The notes: generated by a model not told the origin, from the sequence alone. Positions 30,022-40,890 are shown, numbered from the stretch's first letter. The stretch is 64,000 nucleotides of DNA from Prevotella sp. (GCA_031285625.1 JAITVV010000080.1:32001-96000); one strand, 5' to 3'. Translations and numbers: made by a program.

Positions 30022-31050
30022 ATGATTATAAGAAGTAAGGCACCTTTCAGATTAGGTTTAGCTGGTGGTGGAACAGATGTTTCACCTTATTCAGATTTGT
30101 ATGGAGGATGTATTCTGAATGCAACAATCAATTTATATGCATACGCCAATATCGAACCCCGTAACGATAACAAAATAGTATTCCGTATACCTCAGACTGA
30201 GGAAGAATATATCTTCGATGCCGCACTAGAGCTACCTATATTACATGATAAGGCCGACCTGATGAAAGGTATTTATAACAGGGTTATAAAGGATTTCATT
30301 AAGAAACCTCTGTCTTTTACCCTGACTTGTGCATTAGAAGTGCCATTTGGTTCGGGGTTGGGTACTTCATCTACTCTGGCCACTGCAATACTGGGAGCAT
30401 ATACCGAATGGTTGTCGTTGCCTTTGGGTGATTATGATCTTGCTTATCTTGCATACCTTATTGAAAGAATAGATCTTGAACAGGCCGGAGGAAAACAGGA
30501 TCAATATGCTGCAGCATTCGGCGGATTTAATTTTATGGAGTTTTATGCTGAGGATAAGGTTATTGTTAATCCGTTGCGTATTCGTAATGAGATTATAAAT
30601 GAACTATCAAATAACTTGCTGTTATATTATACAAACTCGAGCCGTAATTCCGGCGATATTATCGAAAAACAGCAGAAAAATGTAAAAGAACATAAGGATA
30701 AATCTGTGGAAGCAATGCATCAGATAAAAAAACAGGCTTATGAAATAAAAGAGGCTATTCTGAAAAATAATCTGGATGAAATAGGTAATATATTACACCG
30801 CGGATGGACTTATAAGAGAGATATGGCTGATGGTATATCCACTCCGTTATTTGAAGAATTATATAATACAGCGATAGATGCCGGATCTACGGGTGGTAAA
30901 ATATCCGGAGCGGGAGGTGGAGGATATGTGTTTTTCTATTGCCCTGATAATACTCGTTTTGCTGTAGCTAAAGCTTTGGAAGGCCTCGGCGGATGGGTGC
31001 AACCTTATACTTTTACAAAAAAAGGTTTGGAAACTTGGCATACTAAATAA
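30022..31050 (+). CDS. hddA: D-glycero-alpha-D-manno-heptose 7-phosphate kinase (GHMP)
   Basis: APFRLGLAGGGTD, PFGSGLGTSS, GGKQDQYAAAFGGFN, KISGAGGGG. Confidence 0.9.
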   Translation: MIIRSKAPFRLGLAGGGTDVSPYSDLYGGCILNATINLYAYANIEPRNDNKIVFRIPQTEEEYIFDAALELPILHDKADLMKGIYNRVIKDFIKKPLSFTLTCALEVPFGSGLGTSSTLATAILGAYTEWLSLPLGDYDLAYLAYLIERIDLEQAGGKQDQYAAAFGGFNFMEFYAEDKVIVNPLRIRNEIINELSNNLLLYYTNSSRNSGDIIEKQQKNVKEHKDKSVEAMHQIKKQAYEIKEAILKNNLDEIGNILHRGWTYKRDMADGISTPLFEELYNTAIDAGSTGGKISGAGGGGYVFFYCPDNTRFAVAKALEGLGGWVQPYTFTKKGLETWHTK

Positions 31051-31056
31051 AGCTGA

Positions 31057-31890
31057 ATGAAAATAGCAGTTCTTATACGTGTATATGACCGGATTGAAGA
31101 TTTGAAATATAACCTTCAGATCATATCAGATACATGGAAGGAAAATGATTATTATATTATTGTTGTAAGCAATGGAAGGAGCAACGGCTTCGAGGTCTTA
31201 CCGGAATCATTACCTTTTATCGATAAGTTTATCGTCTTGGAGCAGAATGCAGGACATCGTAAAGGTAACTCCCAGTTGCTGATGGAAGGTATTAAGGCTA
31301 TTCCTGCTGATTGTGCTTTTACACTGATACTCGAAGCTGATACTTGGATGTATGGTGATACCATTATATCTAAGTATACAAGCCTCCTGAAGAACTCCAA
31401 AGCTGTATGGGCCAGTGCAGACTGGTACGATAAATATTACGCATTAGCAACAGATTTTGCAATCGTAAAAACAGATTATATCAGACTAAATCCGGGTATA
31501 TTCGATTTTGAACTTTTCCCTGAATGCCATATAACTAATTTTTTAAGAGATACTAATGCGGATTTTATATGGATAACGGAGAATATGCCGGTGCATGTAC
31601 CTAGTTATGTAAATTATAAATATCCATATGTACCGAATATAAAAGAAGGCCGTTTTTATGTTTTTCCAAAATCGAAAACGGTTACACATCATATCGAATT
31701 TCTAAAAGGAGGTATGTATCAAAAGAAGGGTTATTTCAATATAATAGCCAATTGTGATTATTTCTCTAATATCAAGACTGGTAATAAAGGATGGAACCGG
31801 TTTAAGATGAGGTTTTGGACTGGATTGACGAAGCTTTTTATTAAGAGGAGCTGGTATAGTAAGAAGACATATAAAGATATTGAAGAATAG
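31057..31890 (+). CDS. Putative GT-A-fold glycosyltransferase, family unclear
   Basis: KIAVLIRVYDR...IIVVSN...QNAG...LILEADTW follows the GT2-like layout with EAD in place of DXD; basic C-terminus. Confidence 0.55.
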   Translation: MKIAVLIRVYDRIEDLKYNLQIISDTWKENDYYIIVVSNGRSNGFEVLPESLPFIDKFIVLEQNAGHRKGNSQLLMEGIKAIPADCAFTLILEADTWMYGDTIISKYTSLLKNSKAVWASADWYDKYYALATDFAIVKTDYIRLNPGIFDFELFPECHITNFLRDTNADFIWITENMPVHVPSYVNYKYPYVPNIKEGRFYVFPKSKTVTHHIEFLKGGMYQKKGYFNIIANCDYFSNIKTGNKGWNRFKMRFWTGLTKLFIKRSWYSKKTYKDIEE

Positions 31891-31898
31891 TTTGAATT

Positions 31899-33350
31899 AT
31901 GATATTCTCATCATATAGTTTTATTTTTATCTATTTACCTATTGTGCTTTTGTTATACTTTGGTATGGCAAGGTATGTAAGCCGGAGATTTCAGCAGATT
32001 TTTCTTATTCTGGCATCTTTGGTATTTTACGGAGCACTATTTTTTCAGGGTTTTAATCATTTATGGTATATCTGGCTTATTCTTTCTTCTGTTATAGTAA
32101 ATTATACTATAGCCAGTGGAGTTGAGAATATAAAGAAACCTCTTACCCGGCGGGTTACTTTTACTATAGGAGTCCTGTTTAATGTCTGTTTATTAGGATA
32201 TTATAAATATTATAATTTTTTTCTGGAGAATGTAAACTATACTTTTGGTACAGAGTATATTATAAAAGAAATTGCATTACCTATCGGGATCAGTTTCTTT
32301 ACATTCCAGCAAATAGCTTTTTTAATCGGAGTTTGGAAGAGAGAAGAACGTGTCCCTAACTTCTGGGATTATACTCTCTTTATTGTATTTTTCCCCCAAT
32401 TGGTAGCTGGTCCTATAGTTTTCTTAAAGGATGTGTTGCATCAATACCAGGATAGCCAGAATCGCTTCTTTAATAGTGAGAATTTCTCAGCCGGACTCTT
32501 CATTTTTGCAATTGGACTTTTTAAAAAAGCCGTTATTGCAGATACAATAGATAGTTTCGTCTTCTATTCTTATCTAACGCCAGAAAAACTTTCATTCGGA
32601 ACTTCCTGGCTCGCTTCTTTATCCTATTCGTTTCAGATATATTTCGATTTTAGCGGATATTCCGATATGGCTATCGGCTTGGCTAAGATGATGAATATAA
32701 ATCTTCCTGTCAATTTTTATTCACCGTATAAATCAGTAAGTATTACTGAGTTTTGGAAACGGTGGCATATTACATTAGGGAGGTCTTTAGCTGTACTTAT
32801 TTATTTCCCTTTAGGAGGAAATAGAAAAGGAGCAGTACGTACATGTCTTAATCTTTTTGCTGTGTTTTTTGTTAGTGGTGTATGGCATGGGGCAGCATGG
32901 ACATTTATTGTATGGGGAGTAGCTCATGGAGTTGTGCGCGTTTTTGAAAAACTATTTATTAAGCAGTTAGAAAAAATACCAGATTTGATAAGGATTTTCT
33001 TTACATTTATGTTTGTCAATGCGGCGTGGGTCTTATTCAGGTCTCCAACCTTTGATACCGCATTGATTATGTTAAAGAAAATGTTCATGCCGGATAGTTT
33101 CAGTTTTGCCGGCATATCCGATATGGCATATAATACAAGTATAACATATCCTGAAAACATAGCAGTGGTGTATGTTCTGGCTATCCTTGCTATAGTGGCG
33201 GCATTGATATTTTTATATCCAAAGAATAGTATTGATAAATATAATGAGTTTAAACCTACAGTAAAAAATGCTTTCGTTATAGCTGTGTTGTTCTCTGTAT
33301 CTGTTGTCCATTTTTCTAGGGTAGGAGCTTTTATATATTTCAATTTTTAG
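31899..33350 (+). CDS. MBOAT-family O-acyltransferase (AlgI/DltB-like)
   Basis: LPIGISFFTFQ, FFPQLVAGPI, QIYFDFSGYSDMAIG, FWKRWHITL, SGVWHGA (catalytic His), FIYFNF end. Confidence 0.93.
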   Translation: MIFSSYSFIFIYLPIVLLLYFGMARYVSRRFQQIFLILASLVFYGALFFQGFNHLWYIWLILSSVIVNYTIASGVENIKKPLTRRVTFTIGVLFNVCLLGYYKYYNFFLENVNYTFGTEYIIKEIALPIGISFFTFQQIAFLIGVWKREERVPNFWDYTLFIVFFPQLVAGPIVFLKDVLHQYQDSQNRFFNSENFSAGLFIFAIGLFKKAVIADTIDSFVFYSYLTPEKLSFGTSWLASLSYSFQIYFDFSGYSDMAIGLAKMMNINLPVNFYSPYKSVSITEFWKRWHITLGRSLAVLIYFPLGGNRKGAVRTCLNLFAVFFVSGVWHGAAWTFIVWGVAHGVVRVFEKLFIKQLEKIPDLIRIFFTFMFVNAAWVLFRSPTFDTALIMLKKMFMPDSFSFAGISDMAYNTSITYPENIAVVYVLAILAIVAALIFLYPKNSIDKYNEFKPTVKNAFVIAVLFSVSVVHFSRVGAFIYFNF

Positions 33351-33353
33351 ATT

Positions 33354-34454
33354 ATGGAAACACCGGAAAATAAATATTCATATAAGCGATTCCTTGCTGT
33401 TGTTTCTGTATCAACTATTTTGCTGTTGTTGGTTATAGGCTTAGCGAGTTATATTGTTGATCCGTTTTTCCAGTTCAGGGTTAAAAATGATAATCATTAC
33501 TTCTTGAATCCCTGGCTTGTTAATGGCGGGTTGGCAAAAAATTATGATTATAATACAGTAATATTGGGCTCGTCGATGGTTCAGAACTATGACCTGTCTG
33601 TATTAAGAAAAAAAGACTCATCGGTAAGACCTGTAAAATTATCTTCAGGAGGGATGAACAATGAGGAAATGAAGTACCTTTATTCATTTGTAAAGAAAGA
33701 TAGTGTAAAGTCTTTTATCATCAATATTGATGTCCCTCAACTAAATCTAGGTTTCGAAGAAGTGCGCTTTCCCAAATTTTTGTATGATAATACATTCAAA
33801 AACAAAATGGAATATTTGTATGGTTATGAAACCTGCATCCGCTTTATACCTATAGATATAGCTTTGTCATTATATCTTAAGAATAAAGATGTTGAAAGTT
33901 TATCACCTACTTATAGGATGAAAACAGATATAGATCAGATAGGGAATAATAGCCACCAAAATATATATGATGCTGATTATGTAAAAGATATGTACCTTAG
34001 TGGCCGGACGGTCTCTGTACAAAACCTGGAAGGAATACATGAACGTATGCATCAAAAACTTGATACATTACTAGCCAGTATGGATTTGGATAATTATAAA
34101 CATATTGAGTATACATTTGTTTTATCTCCATATTCGGCATTGTATTGGTATCACACTCGCAAAGAGGGCTATTACAACCATTTTTTGGACTTTGTTTATT
34201 ATCTGAACGAATCGGTAGGGAAGCATGATAATGCTAAACTTATGTTTTTCTTCGACTTGGACGAAATACTGGATCTGAATTATTATACAGATGTATCACA
34301 TTTTAGTCCGGCTTTATCAAATAAAGTACTTGATAATGTATATAACCCGGAATATGAACTCAATGCATCGAATATTGATTATAAAATCCAACGATTAGAT
34401 AGTCTGGTGAATGTATTTGTTGAAAAAAATAAGGATTGGCTACCTAAAAATTAA
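33354..34454 (+). CDS. Membrane-anchored SGNH-like partner of the MBOAT (AlgJ/DltD-like)
   Basis: N-terminal TM then VDPF; ILGSS (block I Ser) and YTDVSHF (DxxH). Confidence 0.65.
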   Translation: METPENKYSYKRFLAVVSVSTILLLLVIGLASYIVDPFFQFRVKNDNHYFLNPWLVNGGLAKNYDYNTVILGSSMVQNYDLSVLRKKDSSVRPVKLSSGGMNNEEMKYLYSFVKKDSVKSFIINIDVPQLNLGFEEVRFPKFLYDNTFKNKMEYLYGYETCIRFIPIDIALSLYLKNKDVESLSPTYRMKTDIDQIGNNSHQNIYDADYVKDMYLSGRTVSVQNLEGIHERMHQKLDTLLASMDLDNYKHIEYTFVLSPYSALYWYHTRKEGYYNHFLDFVYYLNESVGKHDNAKLMFFFDLDEILDLNYYTDVSHFSPALSNKVLDNVYNPEYELNASNIDYKIQRLDSLVNVFVEKNKDWLPKN

Positions 34455-34460
34455 TTAGAT

Positions 34461-35522
34461 ATGTTTGTAGTAAATGGCAGATATTTGACCCAGAAAGCGA
34501 CAGGTGTTCATCGTTATGCGTTTGAAATATGCAACAAATTGCATGAGATGGGAGTTGACTTTCATGTAGCTATACCGCAAGAGATAGACCCCGGTTATAA
34601 GATTGCATTCAAGACGGTAAAATGCGGGTCGTTGAATACACATATGTGGGAACAAATATCTCTGCCTCGTTATCTGAAAAGTATTGGTTCTCCATTACTG
34701 ATTAGCTTCACGGGCTGTGGGCCGCTGAACTATGATAATCAGATAATGACAATTCACGATGTCTCTCACGAACGTTACCCCCAGTGGTTTTCGAAGAACT
34801 ATTACCGGTTTTACCATTTTATGATGCCCCGTATAGGGAGAAAAGCACATGCAGTACTTACTGTAAGTGAATTTTCGAAAGATGAAATCGTGGATACTCT
34901 TGGGCTTGATAAGGATAAAATACATGTAATACATAGTAATGTACCTTTTCATAATAAACCGTCGAAAGATGAGATTTTAAACTTTCGTCGTGACCCTGAT
35001 GCCGAAAGATATATCATTGCTGTATCATCTATGGATCCCCGTAAAAACTTTGTACGTCTGGTTGAAGCTTTTGATAAGATTGAAGATAAGTCTGTTAAAT
35101 TATATATAATTGGAATGTCCTTTAAGGCATTCAATACCCCTGATTTGCAGAAGCTGATAAACGAAAGAGTGCATTTACCAGGATATATCCCCGACGAAGC
35201 ATTACAGACAATGTATCAAAATGCATTATTGTCGGTATACCCTTCATTATATGAGGGATTTGGATTGCCACCATTGGAGTCGATGACTTATGGTTGTCCG
35301 GCGATTAATTCTAGTATTCCTGCATTGCGTGAGGTAAGTGAAGATGCGGCATTGTACGTCGATCCGTATGACGTTGAAGATATGACAATAAAAATAAACC
35401 AGTTGTTAGAAGATGAATCTTTGAGGCAGGCGCTGCGTTTAAGAGGCTTGGAACAGATTAAGAAATACTCATGGGACAAATCTGCCAAGCAGGTATATGA
35501 ATTAGCACAACGATTTATGTAA
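34461..35522 (+). CDS. Glycosyltransferase family 4 (mannosyltransferase-like)
   Basis: TGVHRY, TIHD, TVSEFSK, PRKN, PSLYEGFGLPPLESM. Confidence 0.92.
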   Translation: MFVVNGRYLTQKATGVHRYAFEICNKLHEMGVDFHVAIPQEIDPGYKIAFKTVKCGSLNTHMWEQISLPRYLKSIGSPLLISFTGCGPLNYDNQIMTIHDVSHERYPQWFSKNYYRFYHFMMPRIGRKAHAVLTVSEFSKDEIVDTLGLDKDKIHVIHSNVPFHNKPSKDEILNFRRDPDAERYIIAVSSMDPRKNFVRLVEAFDKIEDKSVKLYIIGMSFKAFNTPDLQKLINERVHLPGYIPDEALQTMYQNALLSVYPSLYEGFGLPPLESMTYGCPAINSSIPALREVSEDAALYVDPYDVEDMTIKINQLLEDESLRQALRLRGLEQIKKYSWDKSAKQVYELAQRFM

Positions 35523-35715
35523 ACCGTTGATCCTGTGATCTAATCTTTTGCTTTATAGTTATCGCAAGCGATATGATCAATAAGATTACTGAAGCTGCAA
35601 AGCATACATACCCCAATGTCTTATTCGAATCAAAATTGAGTAGCCCTATTGATGTAAGCAACATAGCAGAAGGTACAAGGGCATACGTGATTGTAAATGG
35701 CTTAGACGATTTCAT
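35515..35715 (-). CDS. Small two-helix membrane protein
   Basis: 66 aa with ATG start after an A-rich leader; two hydrophobic segments and a basic tail; 8-bp overlap with the convergent GT4 gene. Confidence 0.5.
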   Translation of the reverse strand: MKSSKPFTITYALVPSAMLLTSIGLLNFDSNKTLGYVCFAASVILLIISLAITIKQKIRSQDQRFT

Positions 35716-36240
35716 TTTCTTTGTATTTTTTGTGTTCTACTTATTAGATGCAATTTTTAGTGAAAAGCTTCAAAAATAAATTTATTTTATGATAATTTAA
35801 CTTTTATTGACTTTTTGAAGTGTGAAATAATTAATCTAAAAAATAGATAACAGTTTGGAAATCTATATATCTTCTGTATAATAAAAACATCTGACACACG
35901 CTTTTAGTTCATCATTTATATCCTTTTAATTGTTAAGTTTTTGTGTATTTAAATAAAAACACTATTTTTAACTTATTGCATTGTTCTTAATGAACGTAAT
36001 TATTGTTAACTTGTTTACCTAATAAGACCCGGAATCTTGATAAATAAATGGATGTAGAATTGTTTACCATGTGATAAATCATTTTACTTTTTGACTAAAT
36101 TGGTATTCCTTTTGCTTTGAAAATCCCTTTATTTAATCTACTTTTGCATGACAATAGAAAAAAACGATACCATATGGTTATTTTCTATGATTATCAGCTA
36201 TTAATTAACTATTCTAAATAACTAAAAACAAATTTAATTT

Positions 36241-36915
36241 ATGAGTTGGTTACTTAAATCTTCTATTGGCCGAAAGTTTATTATGGCTTTGTCCGGCTGT
36301 TGTATGGTTTTGTTCCTGCTGTTTCACATGTCGATGAACTTGGTTTTGGTATTTTCCGCCGAAGCTTATGACATGATATGTGAGTTTTTGGGAACTAATT
36401 GGTATGCTATCGTCGGAACAATGGGGTTGGCAGCTTTATTTTTGGTGCATATTATATATGCAATCATACTGACGTTGCAAAACAGAAAGGCCAGAGGAGC
36501 TGATTCTTACGCTTCATCAAGCCTTAGCGACGCTACATGGTCTTCCAAGAACATGTTCGTTCTGGGTGTGGTTATCCTTGCCTTCCTGGGCTTACATCTT
36601 TACGATTTCTGGTACAAGATGCAGTTCTCTGAACTTCTTCATCTGCCGGGTGCAGAATCCAAGGGATCGGTAATTGCATTGGCTCTGTTCAAAAATCCGG
36701 TGCATGTAATTCTTTACCTGATAGGTATTGCTGCTGTATGGGTGCATCTATCTCATGGTGTTTGGAGTATGTTCCAATCTACAGGTCTTAACGGTCGTAC
36801 ATGGGCTCCTCGTCTTAAGGTGATTGGATATGTGGTTGCTACGATTATCGCAGTAGGATTTGCTATTGTTCCGATCTATTGTTTGGCAAGAGCATATTTA
36901 TGTCCTTTTGCTTAA
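36241..36915 (+). CDS. sdhC: Succinate dehydrogenase/fumarate reductase cytochrome b subunit
   Basis: SSIGRKFIMALSG, heme histidines (FH, VH, LH, VHLSHG), five TM helices. Confidence 0.93.
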   Translation: MSWLLKSSIGRKFIMALSGCCMVLFLLFHMSMNLVLVFSAEAYDMICEFLGTNWYAIVGTMGLAALFLVHIIYAIILTLQNRKARGADSYASSSLSDATWSSKNMFVLGVVILAFLGLHLYDFWYKMQFSELLHLPGAESKGSVIALALFKNPVHVILYLIGIAAVWVHLSHGVWSMFQSTGLNGRTWAPRLKVIGYVVATIIAVGFAIVPIYCLARAYLCPFA

Positions 36916-36961
36916 GTTAGGCACTGATTATTTTTGTTAAAGATTAAAAGAAAAAACAGAT

Positions 36962-38920
36962 ATGAGTACTATACTAGATCCAAAAAAAGATTCAAAAATA
37001 CCTGAAGGACCATTGGCAGAAAAATGGACTAACTACAAGGATCATCAGAAATTGGTGAACCCTGCAAATAAACGTCGTCTCGATGTTATCGTGGTTGGTA
37101 CTGGCCTTGCCGGAGCTTCAGCCGCCGCTTCTCTGGGAGAAATGGGCTTCAATGTGCTGAACTTCTGTATTCAGGATTCACCTCGTCGTGCACACTCTAT
37201 TGCGGCACAAGGAGGTATTAATGCTGCAAAAAATTATCAAAATGATGGTGACTCTGTTTACCGTCTGTTCTATGATACAATTAAAGGTGGTGACTACCGT
37301 GCACGTGAGGCTAACGTATATCGTTTGGCTGAAGTAGCTAACAGTATCATCGACCAGTGTGTTGCACAAGGTGTTCCGTTTGCTCGTGAATATGGTGGTT
37401 TACTTGATAACCGTTCATTTGGTGGAGCTCAGGTTTCACGTACATTCTATGCAAAAGGACAAACAGGACAACAATTATTGTTAGGGGCTTATTCAGCATT
37501 GAGCCGTCAGGTAAACAAAGGAAGTGTAAAACTTTACACTCGCTACGAAATGCTTGATGTTGTTATCGTTGATGGACGCGCCCGTGGTATTATTGCCCGC
37601 AATCTGGTAACAGGTCAGTTGGAACGTTTTGCCGCTCATGCAGTAGTAATTGCAACAGGCGGTTATGGAAATACATTCTTCCTTTCTACCAATGCAATGG
37701 GTTCGAATGGTTCTGCTGCTATCCAGGCATACAAGAAAGGCGCTTATTTTGCAAATCCTTGTTATGCTCAGATTCACCCTACATGTATTCCTGTTCATGG
37801 TGAATTCCAGTCGAAATTAACTTTGATGTCAGAATCTCTTCGTAATGATGGCCGTATCTGGGTTCCTAAGAAAATAGAAGATTCGGAAGCTATCCGTGCA
37901 GGAAAACTGAAACCAACTCAAATAAAAGAAGAAGACAGAGATTACTATCTGGAAAGACGTTACCCTGCATTTGGTAACCTTGTGCCTCGTGACGTAGCTT
38001 CACGTGCTGCTAAAGAAAGATGTGATGCCGGTTATGGTGTAGGCTCTACAGGTCTTGCTGTTTATCTTGACTTTAGCGATGCTATCAAACGTCTTGGTAA
38101 AGATGTGGTAGAGGCTAAATATGGTAACCTGTTCCAGATGTATGACAAAATTGTAGACGAGAATCCATACGAAACTCCGATGATGATCTATCCGGCTATC
38201 CACTATACAATGGGTGGTATATGGGTTGATTATGAGTTGATGACCTCTATCAAAGGTTTGTTTGCTCTTGGTGAAGCTAACTTCTCTGACCACGGAGCTA
38301 ACCGCCTTGGAGCATCTGCTTTGATGCAGGGATTGGCTGATGGATATTTCGTATTGCCTTATACTATCCAGAATTATCTGGCCGATCAGATTACTGTTCC
38401 TCGCTTCAGTACTGATCTTCCTGAATTTGTACAAACAGAAAATGAGATCAAAGAAAAGGTTTCTAAATTGATGAACATCAAAGGTAACCGTTCTGTAGAC
38501 TCTATCCATAAGCAACTTGGTCTTATTATGTGGGACTTTGTTGGTATGGCCCGTACAAAAGAATCTCTTGAAAAAGCGATTGAGGAATTAAAGGTTGTGA
38601 AAAAAGAATTCTGGTCTAACGTTCGTATTCCGGGTGATGCTTCCGACTTGAATACAGAGTTGGAAAAAGCATTACGTTTAGCTGACTTTATCGAAATCGG
38701 TTTATTGATGGCATATGACGGACTGAATCGTAATGAGTCTTGCGGAGGACACTTCCGTGAAGAATATCAAACTCCTGAAGGTGAAGCGATGCGCGACGAT
38801 GAGCATTATTCTTATGTTGCATGTTGGAAGTTTACAGGAGAAGATTCTGCTCCTGAACTTGTAAAAGAACCTCTTGATTATGAGTTCGTAGTAAGACAAC
38901 AACGTAATTACAAGGCATAA
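36962..38920 (+). CDS. sdhA: Succinate dehydrogenase/fumarate reductase flavoprotein
   Basis: [46 protein letters not shown]. Confidence 0.97.
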   Translation: MSTILDPKKDSKIPEGPLAEKWTNYKDHQKLVNPANKRRLDVIVVGTGLAGASAAASLGEMGFNVLNFCIQDSPRRAHSIAAQGGINAAKNYQNDGDSVYRLFYDTIKGGDYRAREANVYRLAEVANSIIDQCVAQGVPFAREYGGLLDNRSFGGAQVSRTFYAKGQTGQQLLLGAYSALSRQVNKGSVKLYTRYEMLDVVIVDGRARGIIARNLVTGQLERFAAHAVVIATGGYGNTFFLSTNAMGSNGSAAIQAYKKGAYFANPCYAQIHPTCIPVHGEFQSKLTLMSESLRNDGRIWVPKKIEDSEAIRAGKLKPTQIKEEDRDYYLERRYPAFGNLVPRDVASRAAKERCDAGYGVGSTGLAVYLDFSDAIKRLGKDVVEAKYGNLFQMYDKIVDENPYETPMMIYPAIHYTMGGIWVDYELMTSIKGLFALGEANFSDHGANRLGASALMQGLADGYFVLPYTIQNYLADQITVPRFSTDLPEFVQTENEIKEKVSKLMNIKGNRSVDSIHKQLGLIMWDFVGMARTKESLEKAIEELKVVKKEFWSNVRIPGDASDLNTELEKALRLADFIEIGLLMAYDGLNRNESCGGHFREEYQTPEGEAMRDDEHYSYVACWKFTGEDSAPELVKEPLDYEFVVRQQRNYKA

Positions 38921-38931
38921 AATAAACGACG

Positions 38932-39687
38932 ATGGAAAAATTAATAAATATAACATTAAAAATTTGGCGTCAAAGAGGTCCTAAAGAAAAAGGAGCCTTT
39001 GAAACATATCCACTTAATGGTGTTTCTACAGAAAGTTCATTTCTAGAAATGCTTGATATATTGAATGAAAACCTAATCAATGAAGGTAAAGAGCCTGTAG
39101 TATTTGATCATGACTGTCGTGAAGGTATCTGCGGTATGTGTAGCCTTTATATAAACGGCCATCCTCATGGACCGGATGAAGATATAACTACCTGTCAGCT
39201 GCATATGCGTAAATTTAAAGATGGTGAAATTATCACTATCGAACCATGGCGTTCAGCAGGATTTCCTGTTATTCGCGACCTTATGGTTGACCGTAATGCA
39301 TTTGATAAAATTATACAAGCCGGAGGTTATGTAAGTGTAAACACTGGTGGTATACCAGATGCAAATGCTATACCTATTCCTAAGGTTGACGCAGATGAAG
39401 CTATGGACTCTGCATCATGTATTGGTTGCGGTGCCTGTGTTGCTGCTTGTAAAAATGGTTCGGCTATGTTGTTCCTTTCAGCAAAGGTTAGTCAGTTGGC
39501 GCTTCTTCCTCAAGGACGTGTTGAAGCTACCCGTCGTGCTAAAGCGATGGTTGCTAAAATGGATGAACTTGGATTCGGTAACTGTACAAATACAGGAGCA
39601 TGTGAGGTAGAATGCCCTAAGAACGTTTCGATAAGCAATATTGCACGTCTGAACCGTGAATTCCTGAAAGCTAAATTCAGAGATTAA
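38932..39687 (+). CDS. sdhB: Succinate dehydrogenase/fumarate reductase Fe-S subunit
   Basis: [32 protein letters not shown]. Confidence 0.97.
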   Translation: MEKLINITLKIWRQRGPKEKGAFETYPLNGVSTESSFLEMLDILNENLINEGKEPVVFDHDCREGICGMCSLYINGHPHGPDEDITTCQLHMRKFKDGEIITIEPWRSAGFPVIRDLMVDRNAFDKIIQAGGYVSVNTGGIPDANAIPIPKVDADEAMDSASCIGCGACVAACKNGSAMLFLSAKVSQLALLPQGRVEATRRAKAMVAKMDELGFGNCTNTGACEVECPKNVSISNIARLNREFLKAKFRD

Positions 39688-39702
39688 GAACAATCTTATT
39701 AT

Positions 39703-39740
39703 AATAAAAGGTGGCTATTACAAATAGTCACCTTTTTATT
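39703..39740 (+). terminator. Terminator of sdhCAB
   Basis: aaaaggtggctatt-aca-aatagtcacctttt followed by a T-run. Confidence 0.8.
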
Positions 39741-39916
39741 TTTTAATATGGAGCTATAACTAACTCTTTTTCATTGAAGATGCTGATATATCCTTTTGCC
39801 CATAACTTAAAGTAATTGAAGTATTCTATCTGTGTCATATGGTTGTTGTATTAAAATGCATAAGCAAATATATCCAATCTGCACAAAATCTGTTATATAT
39901 TTGTAAAAAAATAGTT

Positions 39917-40837
39917 ATGTCATTAAAATACGCAGTTATAGGAACCGGTGCCATTGGAGGATACTATGGCGGGAAATTAGCCAGAGCAGGAAAAGATGTT
40001 CATTTCTTATTTCATTCTGATTATGAATATGTGAAGAGGCATGGTTTGAAAATTGATTCTGTAAACGGAGATTTTAGCCTTTCTTCTGTAAATGCCTATA
40101 ATAATACGATTGACATGCCTAAATGTGATATTGTATTAGTGTGTCTGAAGTCAACAAATAACCATTTGCTGAAAGACTTACTAGCTCCTGTTCTTCATAA
40201 AGAGACTTTGGTAATTCTTATTCAAAATGGACTAGGGTTGGAAGAAGACCTTCAAAAAGATCTTCCCCGATTATATATTGCGGGAGGATTAGCCTTTATA
40301 TGCTCTAATAAGGTAGGGGAGGGGCATATTGCCCACCTCGACTATGGAAAGCTTAATATCGGCTCTTATTCATGCTCTGATCCGGTTTTAATAGATACTG
40401 TGGTTACCGATTTTCAGCAAGCTGGTATTGAAGCAAAGAATGTGGACTTGAAGGAGGCTCGCTGGATGAAGTTAGTATGGAATATTCCTTATAACGGAAT
40501 GACTGTGGTTTTGAATACTACTACTGATAAACTGATGAATAATCCCGATACTCAGGGTTTATTGTATGAGATGATGCTGGAAGTGATCAGGGCTGCTAAT
40601 AGTACCGGATTGAGGCATGATATAGATGAATCATATGCAGATGAAATGATTGAGATGACGAAGGCAATGACTCCGTATTCTCCGAGTATGAAACTGGACT
40701 TTGACTCTCTTCGCCCATTAGAGATAGAATATATTTATAGCCGTCCTGTAGAAGTCGCTAAAAGATCTGGTTTTGAAATGGCTCGCGTGTCAATGCTCGA
40801 AAAGCAATTGAAGTTTATAGAATCCAACTATAAGTAA
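39917..40837 (+). CDS. panE: 2-dehydropantoate 2-reductase family protein
   Basis: IGTGAIGGYYG, IQNGLG, WMKLVWN, PSMKLD, LEIE; start moved to MSLKY after a TATATTTG element. Confidence 0.85.
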   Translation: MSLKYAVIGTGAIGGYYGGKLARAGKDVHFLFHSDYEYVKRHGLKIDSVNGDFSLSSVNAYNNTIDMPKCDIVLVCLKSTNNHLLKDLLAPVLHKETLVILIQNGLGLEEDLQKDLPRLYIAGGLAFICSNKVGEGHIAHLDYGKLNIGSYSCSDPVLIDTVVTDFQQAGIEAKNVDLKEARWMKLVWNIPYNGMTVVLNTTTDKLMNNPDTQGLLYEMMLEVIRAANSTGLRHDIDESYADEMIEMTKAMTPYSPSMKLDFDSLRPLEIEYIYSRPVEVAKRSGFEMARVSMLEKQLKFIESNYK

Positions 40838-40857
40838 ATATTACTACTATCCATAAC

Positions 40858-40890
40858 AAAATAAGCGTAGAGAAACTCTACGCTTATTTT
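40858..40890. terminator. Bidirectional terminator
   Basis: aaaataagcgtagag-aaa-ctctacgcttatttt, perfect stem. Confidence 0.85.

Noticed and set aside
35716-36240. 525-bp AT-rich intergenic region upstream of sdhC
   Set aside because: Only a TACTTTTG promoter-like element and weak palindromes were seen; no convincing RNA structure or repeat.
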